IMG/VR virus record: IMGVR_UViG_3300044267_002985
Span: 1 to 33,735 of that record
From: a virus
Lineage: Duplodnaviria > Caudoviricetes
Direction: 5' to 3' (one strand)
DNA length: 33,735 nt
In this document: positions 1 to 9,375 of the stretch, in pieces
How the letters are laid out: every line of letters begins with the position of its first letter
How positions within the stretch are numbered: the first letter of the stretch is position 1
Position numbers and translations under genes: made by a program
Notes under the pieces: model-generated
Seen by the model: only the letters and a program-made list of their open reading frames with translations
Told to the model about the DNA's origin: nothing
Databases searched by the model: none

Positions 1-258
1 GCGAACTTGATTTATAATAAAAGATTGCGTTTCTTTCGTGGAAGCACTGAACCGATAGTTGACTCGTTGTTGAGTCTTCAGCGACATACAAGAAATCCTG
101 AAGACGCTTCAAGTGGAGATGACCACGGTGCAGATGCTTTGCGATATTGTGTTAATCATTGCTACAAACCTCGTTATGTAGACGAGAGAAAAGAAAACGA
201 CGGTGGACGATTGATCGACCAGTTGTCAACCGATCTTATCGAAAGTAGATATGGATGA
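1..258 (+). CDS. terL: Terminase large subunit, C-terminal end (5' truncated by window)
   Basis: Frame is open from base 1. It contains DDHGADALRY, typical of the end of the TerL RNase H-like nuclease domain, and lies directly before the portal. Confidence 0.85.
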   Translation, partial: ANLIYNKRLRFFRGSTEPIVDSLLSLQRHTRNPEDASSGDDHGADALRYCVNHCYKPRYVDERKENDGGRLIDQLSTDLIESRYG

Positions 259-2372
259 ATAAATACGAGATCAGATGGTATAAGACCGAAGGTGAAATGT
301 TGGATCGTCTTTACGCAGACCGACAGGAAGAATGGCAGAAACTTTACGATGCTTACGAGTTGAAGTTTGACAAAAAGATTCGTGACCTTCGTGCAGAGGA
401 TGTTGTTAAGGTTTCAAGGTTTTATCCGATAGTTCGACAAGTGCTTGGAACGATTGCACACAACTATCCAGTGATGGCGTTCAATGTTGAGGATGAGGTC
501 AACGAGGGAGCGTCAACAGTTTTGGAACGGGCTGCAAATGGATACATGAACATCACGAACCTCAAGTCACACATTCACCAAGCAATTTTCGATGCGTTGT
601 TTACTGGCGTGGGTTGGATACGTTTAGATTACAATCCACCTGGAGATGACATGATTGCACCTTATACTACCAACGATGATTTCGCAGAAGATTTGGTTGT
701 CCCACAACGAGTAGCTCCAGGATTTGTTCACGTTGATCCGACGGGTTCGCCACATAGACTTGGCGACAAGCGATACATACGAGAAAAGTTTTGGACTCCG
801 ATTAAATATTTGCAAGACGATCCAAGAATACAAAACAAAAAGAAAATCAAACCAACGCAGATGACGAGAGAAGATTCTGTTGGTTACGGTGAGGTGATGG
901 GTGATCGTTACGACTCGTCAGAACAAGAGGCGATGCGTGAGGCGATTGACAACGGTGAATTTGTTTTGGTTGAACGTTGGCACAATAGAATGGAACGACG
1001 CGAGGTAATGTTTGTTCAAGGTGTTGATGAACCGATACTTGATGTTCCGCACCCATTTAGAAAAATGATATTTCCACAAGTGACGGACATGCTCGGTCAA
1101 CCAGTGTTCGACATTGATCCGATTACGGGAGAGCCAACAGAGCCAACGCTTGATTTAGAAAATGGTGAGGAAGCGTCGGGATGGTTGGTCGAACAAGGAT
1201 TTCCTTTTGCAGCGATTAAGTTTGATTTGTCGCAAGAATCATTTTATCCGTTGGGACATTTGCGATACATAGAAGATATTCAGAATGCGATTATTGAGCA
1301 GGTGTCTCGTATTAGTGATATGTTGAAACGCACTTCAAGGATGACGGCTATCCGATCAAGTGAGTTAGAAAACAATCCTGAGATTGGTGAGATATTGCGA
1401 ACGGGTCGAGACGGTGAGTTCATTGGTGTTGAAGATTTGTCTTCGATACGTGAGTTGAATTGGGGAAGTGTTCCTGGAGATGTTTATAATTATTTCCAGA
1501 TGATGATGGGGATGGAACAAGAGATCTCTGCACTTGCACCACAGAAACCAGGAGATTCCGAGACGGCAACCGAAGCGTCGATAGTTGCTGCAGCTTCTCA
1601 GATTAACGGGAACTGGATGGAAGCTGCTGTAAATGAGTTTTACGAAAACATTGTAAGGAATGCTTTTCAAATAATGGGCGACCCAAGATATACTCCAGAA
1701 AACTTTGTAGAGAACATTGCACCAGAGGGAGATCAACGAGTGGTTCGTGCTTTGACGACAAGTGACTTCTTATACAATTATCGAATTGAGACAAAGGTCG
1801 GATCAACACAACCACTCTATGCACAACTGGAACGTGACAGGACTATGGCGTTTGTTGGTTGGGCTTCTAATCGTCCTAACTACGATCAAATGGAAATCGA
1901 CAAACTCGCTGCAGAGGCGAACGGAATACAAGATGTCGATAAGGTTTTGGTTGACCAAGATAATGTCGAAGCTCAACGGGCAGCTCAGTATGAAAATGAT
2001 CGGGTGATGGTTGGACAAGGAATAGAAGTATTACCACAACAAGATCATGCTGCACATATGGAAGTTCACAACATGTATCGTGAGCACCCTCAATACATTC
2101 AGTTGATGCAACAAGCACAAGCGATTGATATGGTTGGGAACCCTGCGAACCCTCAAGCGGGACAACAGATACAAGCGATTGACCAAGCTATCGGTCAGCA
2201 TGTTATGCAACATCAGCAAGCAATGGAGCAAGAGCAACAAGGTGAGACGACTCTTGGCGGTGGAGCGGAGGCGGTTCAAGCGTCGCAGACTCAACCTGAT
2301 TTGATTTCGCAAGTTCAGAGTAATGCACAACGGACTGCTGATTCAATACAAAATCAAACAGAAGGAATGTAG
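255..2372 (+). CDS. Portal protein
   Basis: 705 aa, overlaps the terL stop (ATGA). Has DALFTGVGWIRL and TATEASI motifs like podovirus/P22-type portals and a Q-rich C-terminal tail. Confidence 0.8.
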   Translation: MNKYEIRWYKTEGEMLDRLYADRQEEWQKLYDAYELKFDKKIRDLRAEDVVKVSRFYPIVRQVLGTIAHNYPVMAFNVEDEVNEGASTVLERAANGYMNITNLKSHIHQAIFDALFTGVGWIRLDYNPPGDDMIAPYTTNDDFAEDLVVPQRVAPGFVHVDPTGSPHRLGDKRYIREKFWTPIKYLQDDPRIQNKKKIKPTQMTREDSVGYGEVMGDRYDSSEQEAMREAIDNGEFVLVERWHNRMERREVMFVQGVDEPILDVPHPFRKMIFPQVTDMLGQPVFDIDPITGEPTEPTLDLENGEEASGWLVEQGFPFAAIKFDLSQESFYPLGHLRYIEDIQNAIIEQVSRISDMLKRTSRMTAIRSSELENNPEIGEILRTGRDGEFIGVEDLSSIRELNWGSVPGDVYNYFQMMMGMEQEISALAPQKPGDSETATEASIVAAASQINGNWMEAAVNEFYENIVRNAFQIMGDPRYTPENFVENIAPEGDQRVVRALTTSDFLYNYRIETKVGSTQPLYAQLERDRTMAFVGWASNRPNYDQMEIDKLAAEANGIQDVDKVLVDQDNVEAQRAAQYENDRVMVGQGIEVLPQQDHAAHMEVHNMYREHPQYIQLMQQAQAIDMVGNPANPQAGQQIQAIDQAIGQHVMQHQQAMEQEQQGETTLGGGAEAVQASQTQPDLISQVQSNAQRTADSIQNQTEGM

Positions 2373-2377
2373 GCTGA

Positions 2378-4525
2378 ATGAATCTTCCTAATAATTCTTC
2401 GGCAAGAATTGAAGATCAAATTTTAGATATAATTAGAGAGCAGGGTGCAAGTGATTATTTTAGAAAAGGAGCCAAAGATTTTAAAAGATCTGTTGGCGAA
2501 ACTAAAGACACTATTGGGAAAAGTATGTTTGATGCGGGGACTTCTCTTAAAAGTTTTCAAAAAGAAAAAGTAAAAACTCCGCTTGACGAAGGATTAAATC
2601 TTGCGTTTAAAACATTGCCAGGAAACTCGTTAATGTTTGGCGGTAAGATAATGCAATTAAATGATGAAGAAGCAGTTGAACTTGCTAAGACTATTGGGTT
2701 GCAGGGAGCAGAGTTAGCAAATAGAGTTACACAAGCTACGAAGTCTCCAGAGGGAACGGGGCAATTAGTTTTAGATACTATTTCTTGGATTAAAGAAAAC
2801 GCCCCTGGTTCAACAGAAGAGTTAATAGAAATGTTGAACAATTTTACAATAGGCGATCTTACGGGGTTTGGGTCTTTAGCTATGGCTCCTATTAAAAAAG
2901 GATTAAAGAAAACTTTAAAAGACGCTGACGAATCTTTGCCTATTGCCCAAGCCTTTCAAGGTGCGTTATCTGTTGCTGAAGAAAAAGCTCGTAAAGTTTC
3001 ATTAGAAGATATTAAAAAGAAAATGATAGACGTTAAAAATGCACCTGATTCAAAAACAGCCCAAAAACTTAACGGTCAAAAAAATAAATTAATTGAAGAA
3101 CATGTAACTGAATATGGCTACGGTGACTTTGATCGTGATGAAGTAATAGATTTAATGAGAACAGACATAGATAGGTTTAAAGCACTAAGTTCGGATTTTG
3201 GTATTGGTAAAGCCTCAAGAATAAAAGAGAAAAAACGTTCTAAGAAATTAGATGATGGAACAAAAGTAGATGCAAATATTATTGTTGGAGAAGATAGGGG
3301 GCTGTTAAATCCCGCTGTCCTTGAACGCGAAGCAGGTAGAGGTAATGTAGAGCTTTTAGGAGATAGTTATGATAAACCTTTTACACCAGAATTTGATATA
3401 GTTGACGAAGATATAACTCGTAGAATTATTAATCCTTCAGAGCTTGAAGGAAAAGTTTTAATTCCTTTTGCGGGAGATAGAAGCAGAGTTGGACTTCTTA
3501 GGAGGATTGGTCAAACTCAGTTTGATTCTCCGATTGACATTCAAGGAGGACCAGATTTTCCTGGTTCAGAATTAGCAAGAAAACAAGGTGCTGTTTGGGC
3601 TTCTATGGGAGGAGTGTTACAACGTAAATACGATCAAGCAAAACGAATTGCTGATGCAGGGTTTGAGCCAGTAGGAGTTTACTCTGCAATGCACCAAAGT
3701 GCTGTTAATTTTAGTACTCCAGTTATTGAAACTATAATAGAATCAATGGCTAAGAGTGGAACAAAAATTTCTCAAAGAGCACTTGAAGGTGCGAGTGATA
3801 CTATTAACTCTTCTATAAGACAAAAGAATAAAAAAGATTTGAGTGATTGGGAAAAGAAAGTTAAAAACGCCAAAAAGAATAATACGTCTTTGCCAGAAAA
3901 GCCTGAACCTACTCCTGAATTTGTAGGTCTTACCAACCCAGACATGTATCAACAATTAATGGGAATTGGTAAATATCCAAGAGAAGGAAGTGGTGCTTTA
4001 CGTAAATCAGTAATTGAGGTATTGCAACAAGGACAATGGCAAGAATTAGGATTTCCTAACGTAAGAGACATTTTGACCGTTGTTAATGATCCTGACTTAT
4101 ATAATATCAATCGTGCTGATGTAGGTGCTTCGTTTTTTGATATTGATACGACCAAGCCGATTTTTAAACCTACGGGAGAAGGTAATGTTCATAGGTCTTA
4201 CGATTCTATGATTTCAGGAGAAGATATAGGTAAAACCGAAAGACCAGACATTCCTTCTCAAGTTGCATTTCCAGATATGTATGATGAAGCTCGTCTTAGA
4301 AAAACTTCTCCAAAAAGTGGAGATCCTAAACCATTAGACATTTCTGAACAAACAGGTCATGCTCAAATGAGAGGCGACGTAGGTCAGTTAATGACACCTC
4401 AAGTTGTAGACAGTTGGTCAAGGTGGATAGAACGAGCCAAAGAAAAAGGTATTCCAATAGGAGCAGAAATGCCATTAGCTTTAGCATTAATTGCTATAGT
4501 AGCTGCAGAAGGAGAAACTGAATAA
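2378..4525 (+). CDS. Large hypothetical protein between portal and scaffold
   Basis: 715-aa uninterrupted ORF, tightly packed with its neighbours (TAATG overlap downstream). No function recognised. Confidence 0.7.
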   Translation: MNLPNNSSARIEDQILDIIREQGASDYFRKGAKDFKRSVGETKDTIGKSMFDAGTSLKSFQKEKVKTPLDEGLNLAFKTLPGNSLMFGGKIMQLNDEEAVELAKTIGLQGAELANRVTQATKSPEGTGQLVLDTISWIKENAPGSTEELIEMLNNFTIGDLTGFGSLAMAPIKKGLKKTLKDADESLPIAQAFQGALSVAEEKARKVSLEDIKKKMIDVKNAPDSKTAQKLNGQKNKLIEEHVTEYGYGDFDRDEVIDLMRTDIDRFKALSSDFGIGKASRIKEKKRSKKLDDGTKVDANIIVGEDRGLLNPAVLEREAGRGNVELLGDSYDKPFTPEFDIVDEDITRRIINPSELEGKVLIPFAGDRSRVGLLRRIGQTQFDSPIDIQGGPDFPGSELARKQGAVWASMGGVLQRKYDQAKRIADAGFEPVGVYSAMHQSAVNFSTPVIETIIESMAKSGTKISQRALEGASDTINSSIRQKNKKDLSDWEKKVKNAKKNNTSLPEKPEPTPEFVGLTNPDMYQQLMGIGKYPREGSGALRKSVIEVLQQGQWQELGFPNVRDILTVVNDPDLYNINRADVGASFFDIDTTKPIFKPTGEGNVHRSYDSMISGEDIGKTERPDIPSQVAFPDMYDEARLRKTSPKSGDPKPLDISEQTGHAQMRGDVGQLMTPQVVDSWSRWIERAKEKGIPIGAEMPLALALIAIVAAEGETE

Positions 4526-4995
4526 TGCCACTACATAATTACATATGCACCTCTGGACATGTAGAGAAAGACGTATATTTTTCTTCTAATAGCGGAGGAG
4601 CCAAAAAAACCAAACGTTGCCCGAAATGTAAATGCAAGAGTGAGATTCATTTTGGTTCGATGGGGGATTATAATCGGTTGATGTCTACGCAGGGACACAA
4701 CAAAGTTATTGCAGACCCGCAGACGGGAATGTTTTACGAAAACGCAACCGATAAAAAGGTAAAACTAAAAGCGTTAGGTTTAGAAGAAGGAAACAACCCA
4801 ACAAAATCACAAATCGAAGCTGAAACTTATGATGCAAAACAAAAATTAGAAAAACAAAAAGACGCTGTTGATACGAGCGGAGTTTTGAGTGCCAATAGCT
4901 TAGATGAGATTATGGATAAGGTTGAGTGGGATAAAGTTGATAGAGGTGCTTCGGGTGATTTAAATAGAAATGTTGAAGATGGGTATGGATTTTAA
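4525..4995 (+). CDS. FmdB-like zinc-ribbon protein
   Basis: N-terminus MPLHNYICTSGH...CPKC matches the MP.Y.Y.C..C/H...CP.C pattern, which is often found between portal and scaffold genes. Confidence 0.7.
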   Translation: MPLHNYICTSGHVEKDVYFSSNSGGAKKTKRCPKCKCKSEIHFGSMGDYNRLMSTQGHNKVIADPQTGMFYENATDKKVKLKALGLEEGNNPTKSQIEAETYDAKQKLEKQKDAVDTSGVLSANSLDEIMDKVEWDKVDRGASGDLNRNVEDGYGF

Positions 4996-5069
4996 TTTGT
5001 AAACGTATTATAATAATAGTATGTAACTTTTTCCGTATGGTGCGGAAGAAATAACATGAAGGAGATAGT

Positions 5070-5996
5070 ATGAGCGAAATCGCCACGGACTTCACTGCTG
5101 ATTCAGGGCAGACCGAATCATCTGGTTCGTCAGACGGATCTACAGACAAATCATTTCAAGATATGCCTGAAATGGGTCTGGGGATGCTTGAGACGGATAC
5201 GGACTCGGACCCTGTTGAAGCGTCGGAGCAGACCGATGGAGGAACGCAAACGCAACAACCCGCTAATGATAGCGGTAATCAATCAAACAATGATCTATCA
5301 GAGTTTGAAAAAGGTAGACGCGAAGCTGATCGTTACTTCCAACAGAAGAACGAAGCGTTTTTGGCTGAACGTAGACAGTTTGAAGAAGAGCGTAGAAACT
5401 ATCAGCAACAGCAACAACCGACGCAACCTCAACAGGGAGCGGATTTGGGAGATGCTGAAACGTTGCGACAAAGGGCGATGCAAGTTAACGACCCTGAACA
5501 GCAACGTGCGTTGATGGAACAAGCTGCAGGTATTGAGTATGTTGATAAGATGGTAGAAGATCGACTTGCATCTACATTAGAAAAGATGGGGTTGAACAAC
5601 TACCAACAAGATCGTCAGTTGTTTGCTAACATGGCAGAGCAACAACGATCATCACGAGAGTCCGAGTTAAAAGATCAGATTGAAGAAGCCAAAGGGTTGT
5701 TTGGTGAAGAATCACTAAAAGATGAATTAACTTTGCAGTTCATTACCAACAACAGGACTTTGCTTTCAACGGTAAATCCAGATACAGGTAAAAACTTTAC
5801 ACTGTCGGAGTTGGTAGGACGTTGGACGGGGAAACCTGCACAACAAGCACAACAAGCTCGTGACAATCAACGCACTCAAAGAAATGTAGCTAAGGCGGGA
5901 GCTTCTAATCGTGGGAGCACTTCTGCTATTAGAGATTCTTCAGGCGGTCCGATAAGTCAATCACAAGCTATTGCGGAAATCGCTTCAACTATGTGA
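5070..5996 (+). CDS. Capsid scaffolding protein (putative)
   Basis: Acidic disordered N-terminus and helical Q/E-rich body. Lies directly upstream of the capsid gene, with RBS AAGGAG. Confidence 0.7.
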   Translation: MSEIATDFTADSGQTESSGSSDGSTDKSFQDMPEMGLGMLETDTDSDPVEASEQTDGGTQTQQPANDSGNQSNNDLSEFEKGRREADRYFQQKNEAFLAERRQFEEERRNYQQQQQPTQPQQGADLGDAETLRQRAMQVNDPEQQRALMEQAAGIEYVDKMVEDRLASTLEKMGLNNYQQDRQLFANMAEQQRSSRESELKDQIEEAKGLFGEESLKDELTLQFITNNRTLLSTVNPDTGKNFTLSELVGRWTGKPAQQAQQARDNQRTQRNVAKAGASNRGSTSAIRDSSGGPISQSQAIAEIASTM

Positions 5997-6023
5997 TAGA
6001 GAAACTTTTTTCGGAGAATTAGA

Positions 6024-7007
6024 ATGGCTCAAACCACAAGTGAGGTCTGGGATTCGCGGTGGAGTTCAACTCGTCGCACGATAGACCCAAAAGTTATTGA
6101 CAATATTTTTGAGCCGTACAACGTTATCAATGCACTACGGAAACGTGGTATGCAGATGGTAGACGGAGGCGGTAAAGAAATACAAGTCATCTTAGAAAGC
6201 AGTGCAGGAACGGCAGAAGCATTTGATAAATACGATCCACTCTCAAAATCACCTCGTGATCCTTTTGAGTCGGCATTTTACAAGAGACGCTATTACGCGA
6301 TTCCTATTGTTTTAAGCGACACAGAAGATTGGGAAAACAGTGGAGCAGAACAAATATTCTCGTTGCTTTCTGCTTTGGGTGACAACGCAATGAACTCGTT
6401 GCTCAAGACGATCAACGAAGATGCTTGCGGTTCTCAGTCGGGTAAAAAGATGCTCGGTCTTCAGGATCTTATAGCTGATGCGGGAACGGGTACTGTTGGC
6501 GGTATTAATAGTAGCACTTCTACCTTCTGGCAGAATCAGTCTGACACAACGACTGCAACGTTTTTAGCCCAATCGACTACTAATATTTTTGACGGTGTTA
6601 CAGAATTTAATACTGTTATGGATAGTGTTCGTAAACAGGGCGGTCGTACTGATGCTATTATTACAACGTATTCTATTGCGGGTGCTTATCGCACTGCGTT
6701 AACTTCTCAAGGTTACGTAGAGTTGAACGGCACAAAACTTAACGGGCTTAATGGTCAAGAGTTCCCAGGATTTATGGGAGCAGAGATTATTGCTGACAAC
6801 GATGTCTCTTCTGGTAAGGCTTACTTTGTAGATAAACGTTCGCACCAGTTGCGTGTTATGAAAAACGCAAACTTTAAGAAGACTCCGTTTGTATCACTTC
6901 AATCGAACGGGCAGTTGGGGCAACTTAGTTACATGGTAGCGGGGGTTCAGCAAATCACAAATAACCGACGTAGGCTCGGTGTTCACACTAACCTAACAGG
7001 TATATAG
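6024..7007 (+). CDS. Major capsid protein
   Basis: 327 aa after the scaffold. GLQDLI...GTVGGINSSTSTFWQNQ motif is typical of one phage MCP family; GGAG RBS. Confidence 0.85.
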   Translation: MAQTTSEVWDSRWSSTRRTIDPKVIDNIFEPYNVINALRKRGMQMVDGGGKEIQVILESSAGTAEAFDKYDPLSKSPRDPFESAFYKRRYYAIPIVLSDTEDWENSGAEQIFSLLSALGDNAMNSLLKTINEDACGSQSGKKMLGLQDLIADAGTGTVGGINSSTSTFWQNQSDTTTATFLAQSTTNIFDGVTEFNTVMDSVRKQGGRTDAIITTYSIAGAYRTALTSQGYVELNGTKLNGLNGQEFPGFMGAEIIADNDVSSGKAYFVDKRSHQLRVMKNANFKKTPFVSLQSNGQLGQLSYMVAGVQQITNNRRRLGVHTNLTGI

Positions 7008-7019
7008 GAGATTAGCTGA

Positions 7020-7517
7020 ATGGCAAATTGGGATATCATAGGAGCTTACGGTGGAGGTCAGAACATTGACGAAACTTCTACCACGCAAAAGTTTCCTTTA
7101 GGATTGGTTGTGCAAGGAAACGACATAGATCCAGACACTGGTTACGGTGTAGGTGAATTTATTTACGCCAAAGGTGTCGCATCTACAGTGGTCGGTAGTG
7201 TTGCATTGATTGATACAAACGGTTGGACAACTTCGTTGGCTACTGCTAACGATATTGGTCAGCTTGGTTGTTCAATGAGTATAAACGTTGCCAATCAGTT
7301 TGGTTGGTATCAGATTACTGGTAACGGTGTTGCAAAAGGGTTGGCAAGTCTTGCCGACAATAAAGCCGTTTATCTAACATCTACGGCAGGTAGTATTGAT
7401 GATGCTGTAGTTAGCGGTGATCTTATATTCGGCATGAGTACGGTAAGTGCATTAGACACGCCAAGCTCAGGATTGGCTTTGGTCAGTCTTGCTCGTCCGT
7501 ATGTAGTTGATGTTTAA
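7020..7517 (+). CDS. Capsid decoration/cement protein (putative)
   Basis: 165 aa, beta-rich, directly after the MCP. Motifs GEFIYAKG and ANQFGWYQITG. Confidence 0.65.
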   Translation: MANWDIIGAYGGGQNIDETSTTQKFPLGLVVQGNDIDPDTGYGVGEFIYAKGVASTVVGSVALIDTNGWTTSLATANDIGQLGCSMSINVANQFGWYQITGNGVAKGLASLADNKAVYLTSTAGSIDDAVVSGDLIFGMSTVSALDTPSSGLALVSLARPYVVDV

Positions 7518-7523
7518 TTAACT

Positions 7524-7560
7524 TGATGGGGTGAGGGCATTCGTGTCCTCACCTGCATCA
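7524..7560 (+). terminator. Stem-loop after the capsid genes (leaky terminator or mRNA-stabilising hairpin)
   Basis: GGTGAGGGCA-TTCG-TGTCCTCACC stem, extended by TGATG/CATCA. There is no real U-tract. Confidence 0.6.
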
Positions 7561-7579
7561 TTAACTGAAGGATAATGTT

Positions 7580-8227
7580 ATGGCAAAACGCCAAACAAAA
7601 AAGAAGCAAGAGCAAGAGCTTGATTATGAAAATGGATTCGACGCAATGGGTCAAGCAATCGGAGCAAAAAAAATTGACCCAGACGCAGATGCTTTGAAAA
7701 TTGTTGAAGAAGCTAATGCTGAAGAGGTGAGCGACTTGGAACCTTTAATAGATGTTCAAGAGGCTGTTGAAGCAGAAGCAAAACCTTCTTTACTTGAGCA
7801 GATCCTTAGTGAAGCTAAAGACGATCCTGATGCAAAAAAGCGTCTTGTTGAATTACTTTCTACAGCACCTAATGCAAAAGAAGTTTTAGGAGTTGAAGCA
7901 GGTAAGGGTGTCCCAGATGGAACTTACAAAAGAAACTATCGTGGAGAAGAAGCGTTACGAGTTTACGGTGGAGTTGAGGTAGAGCACCCTCCAGGATTTG
8001 AACCGTCACCGCCAAGTTGGTTGCCAATGTATTATTCGGAAAACGGTGGTACTACTTACTTAAAAGATAAAGCGGTAAAAAATGAAGATGGGACTCCTCA
8101 AAAGACGGAAGAATACAAAACGTGGTTGGATCATCACAAAAACGGCACTTCAATGGACGGCAATATTAGGTTCGATATTGCTGCTGATCAAACCTTGCGT
8201 GACGATGTTGGAGCGGTTCACGGATGA
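7580..8227 (+). CDS. Hypothetical acidic protein
   Basis: 215-aa ORF with AAGGA RBS; overlaps the next gene (ATGA). Confidence 0.75.
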   Translation: MAKRQTKKKQEQELDYENGFDAMGQAIGAKKIDPDADALKIVEEANAEEVSDLEPLIDVQEAVEAEAKPSLLEQILSEAKDDPDAKKRLVELLSTAPNAKEVLGVEAGKGVPDGTYKRNYRGEEALRVYGGVEVEHPPGFEPSPPSWLPMYYSENGGTTYLKDKAVKNEDGTPQKTEEYKTWLDHHKNGTSMDGNIRFDIAADQTLRDDVGAVHG

Positions 8228-8448
8228 ACGAACGTAGTCCTGTTGTTGGGGGCAATCAAAAAAGTGCAACGTCGTTTGGTTCGATTGCACAATTTGACGT
8301 AGTAGAAGCGGGAACAGTTTTAAGTGCTCCTCAGATGACTACAACGCAACGTGACGCTTTGACTCCAACAAATGGTTGGATCATATACAATACAACCGAT
8401 AACAAGGTTCAAGTAAGAGAAAACGGTTCGTGGTCTAACATAACCTGA
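8224..8448 (+). CDS. Small virion structural protein (fibre-like motif)
   Basis: MTTTQRDAL...NGWIIYNTTDNKVQ..NGSW resembles a motif common in phage fibre proteins; GGAG RBS. Confidence 0.6.
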   Translation: MNERSPVVGGNQKSATSFGSIAQFDVVEAGTVLSAPQMTTTQRDALTPTNGWIIYNTTDNKVQVRENGSWSNIT

Positions 8449-8463
8449 TAGGTAATAACATGA

Positions 8464-9375
8464 ATGTTACTAAGTGAAGGAATTGATTTAACATTAAGTA
8501 GAGTTGGTCTTGACCAAGCAAATACTGATTTTAAAAACAGGGCAAGACAATATCTAAATATTACTGCGGTTGAGATCGCAAGCTACCTGAAATGGTGGTG
8601 GCTAAATAAAACTACGACTTTTCGCACAACTAAAACGTTTACTGTTGCAGGTGTAAGTGGAACGTTTACAGCGGGAGAAACAATTACAGGTTTTCCTTCA
8701 GGTAAGACTGCGGTTGTAGATTCTTATGACGCTACAAACCTATTGCTTTATGTTTACAGCGAGAGCGGAGACTTTACCGCAGACGAATCAATATCTGGGG
8801 GTTCAAGCTCTGCTACTGCTACTTATAAATCTTCTGTCAATACTCGTGTTTATACTCCAATAGATGGATACGTTGGTGCGTTTTGGTCTTTCATGGACGA
8901 AACAAATGAACAACCAATTTCTATTGTTGGTCCTGATAAATATGATTTACTTGACGAGGATAGGTCTTTAACGGGAAACGTTTATAAAGCGTTGATCGGT
9001 GGAGTTGACGAGACTACAGGCTATCCCGTCGTTGCATTGTATTATACTCCAGATACAACCAATGTAATTATTAGAGTTCGTTATCAGGTAGCAATATCGA
9101 CTTGGGCAGAGGCTAACGATAGCGAATCGTTTATGAAGTTGGGCATACCACAAACTGGAGAGAGTGCGTTAGTCTACGGGGCGACTAAATTATTTCTACA
9201 AGAAAAAGGTGACGAACAAGGAGCACAAAGAGAAGCGAACGAACTTGAACGTGCTATTGTTTTAATGAAACGTCAAAACTTATTGCAACAAGGTAATCGC
9301 AGATATCTTTCTTCGGACGACGACACAGACTTTACTGTAAGAACTGATACGTCGTTAGTTGTTGAGGTTGGCTAA
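8464..9375 (+). CDS. Head-tail adaptor (tail tubular protein A-like)
   Basis: Helical N-terminus, WWWL motif and ALVYGA near the C-terminus. Positioned just before the nozzle gene. Confidence 0.65.
   Translation: MLLSEGIDLTLSRVGLDQANTDFKNRARQYLNITAVEIASYLKWWWLNKTTTFRTTKTFTVAGVSGTFTAGETITGFPSGKTAVVDSYDATNLLLYVYSESGDFTADESISGGSSSATATYKSSVNTRVYTPIDGYVGAFWSFMDETNEQPISIVGPDKYDLLDEDRSLTGNVYKALIGGVDETTGYPVVALYYTPDTTNVIIRVRYQVAISTWAEANDSESFMKLGIPQTGESALVYGATKLFLQEKGDEQGAQREANELERAIVLMKRQNLLQQGNRRYLSSDDDTDFTVRTDTSLVVEVG

Noticed and set aside
5027-5050. Small hairpin upstream of the scaffold RBS
   Set aside because: Short stem relying on G-U pairs; not enough evidence for a function.
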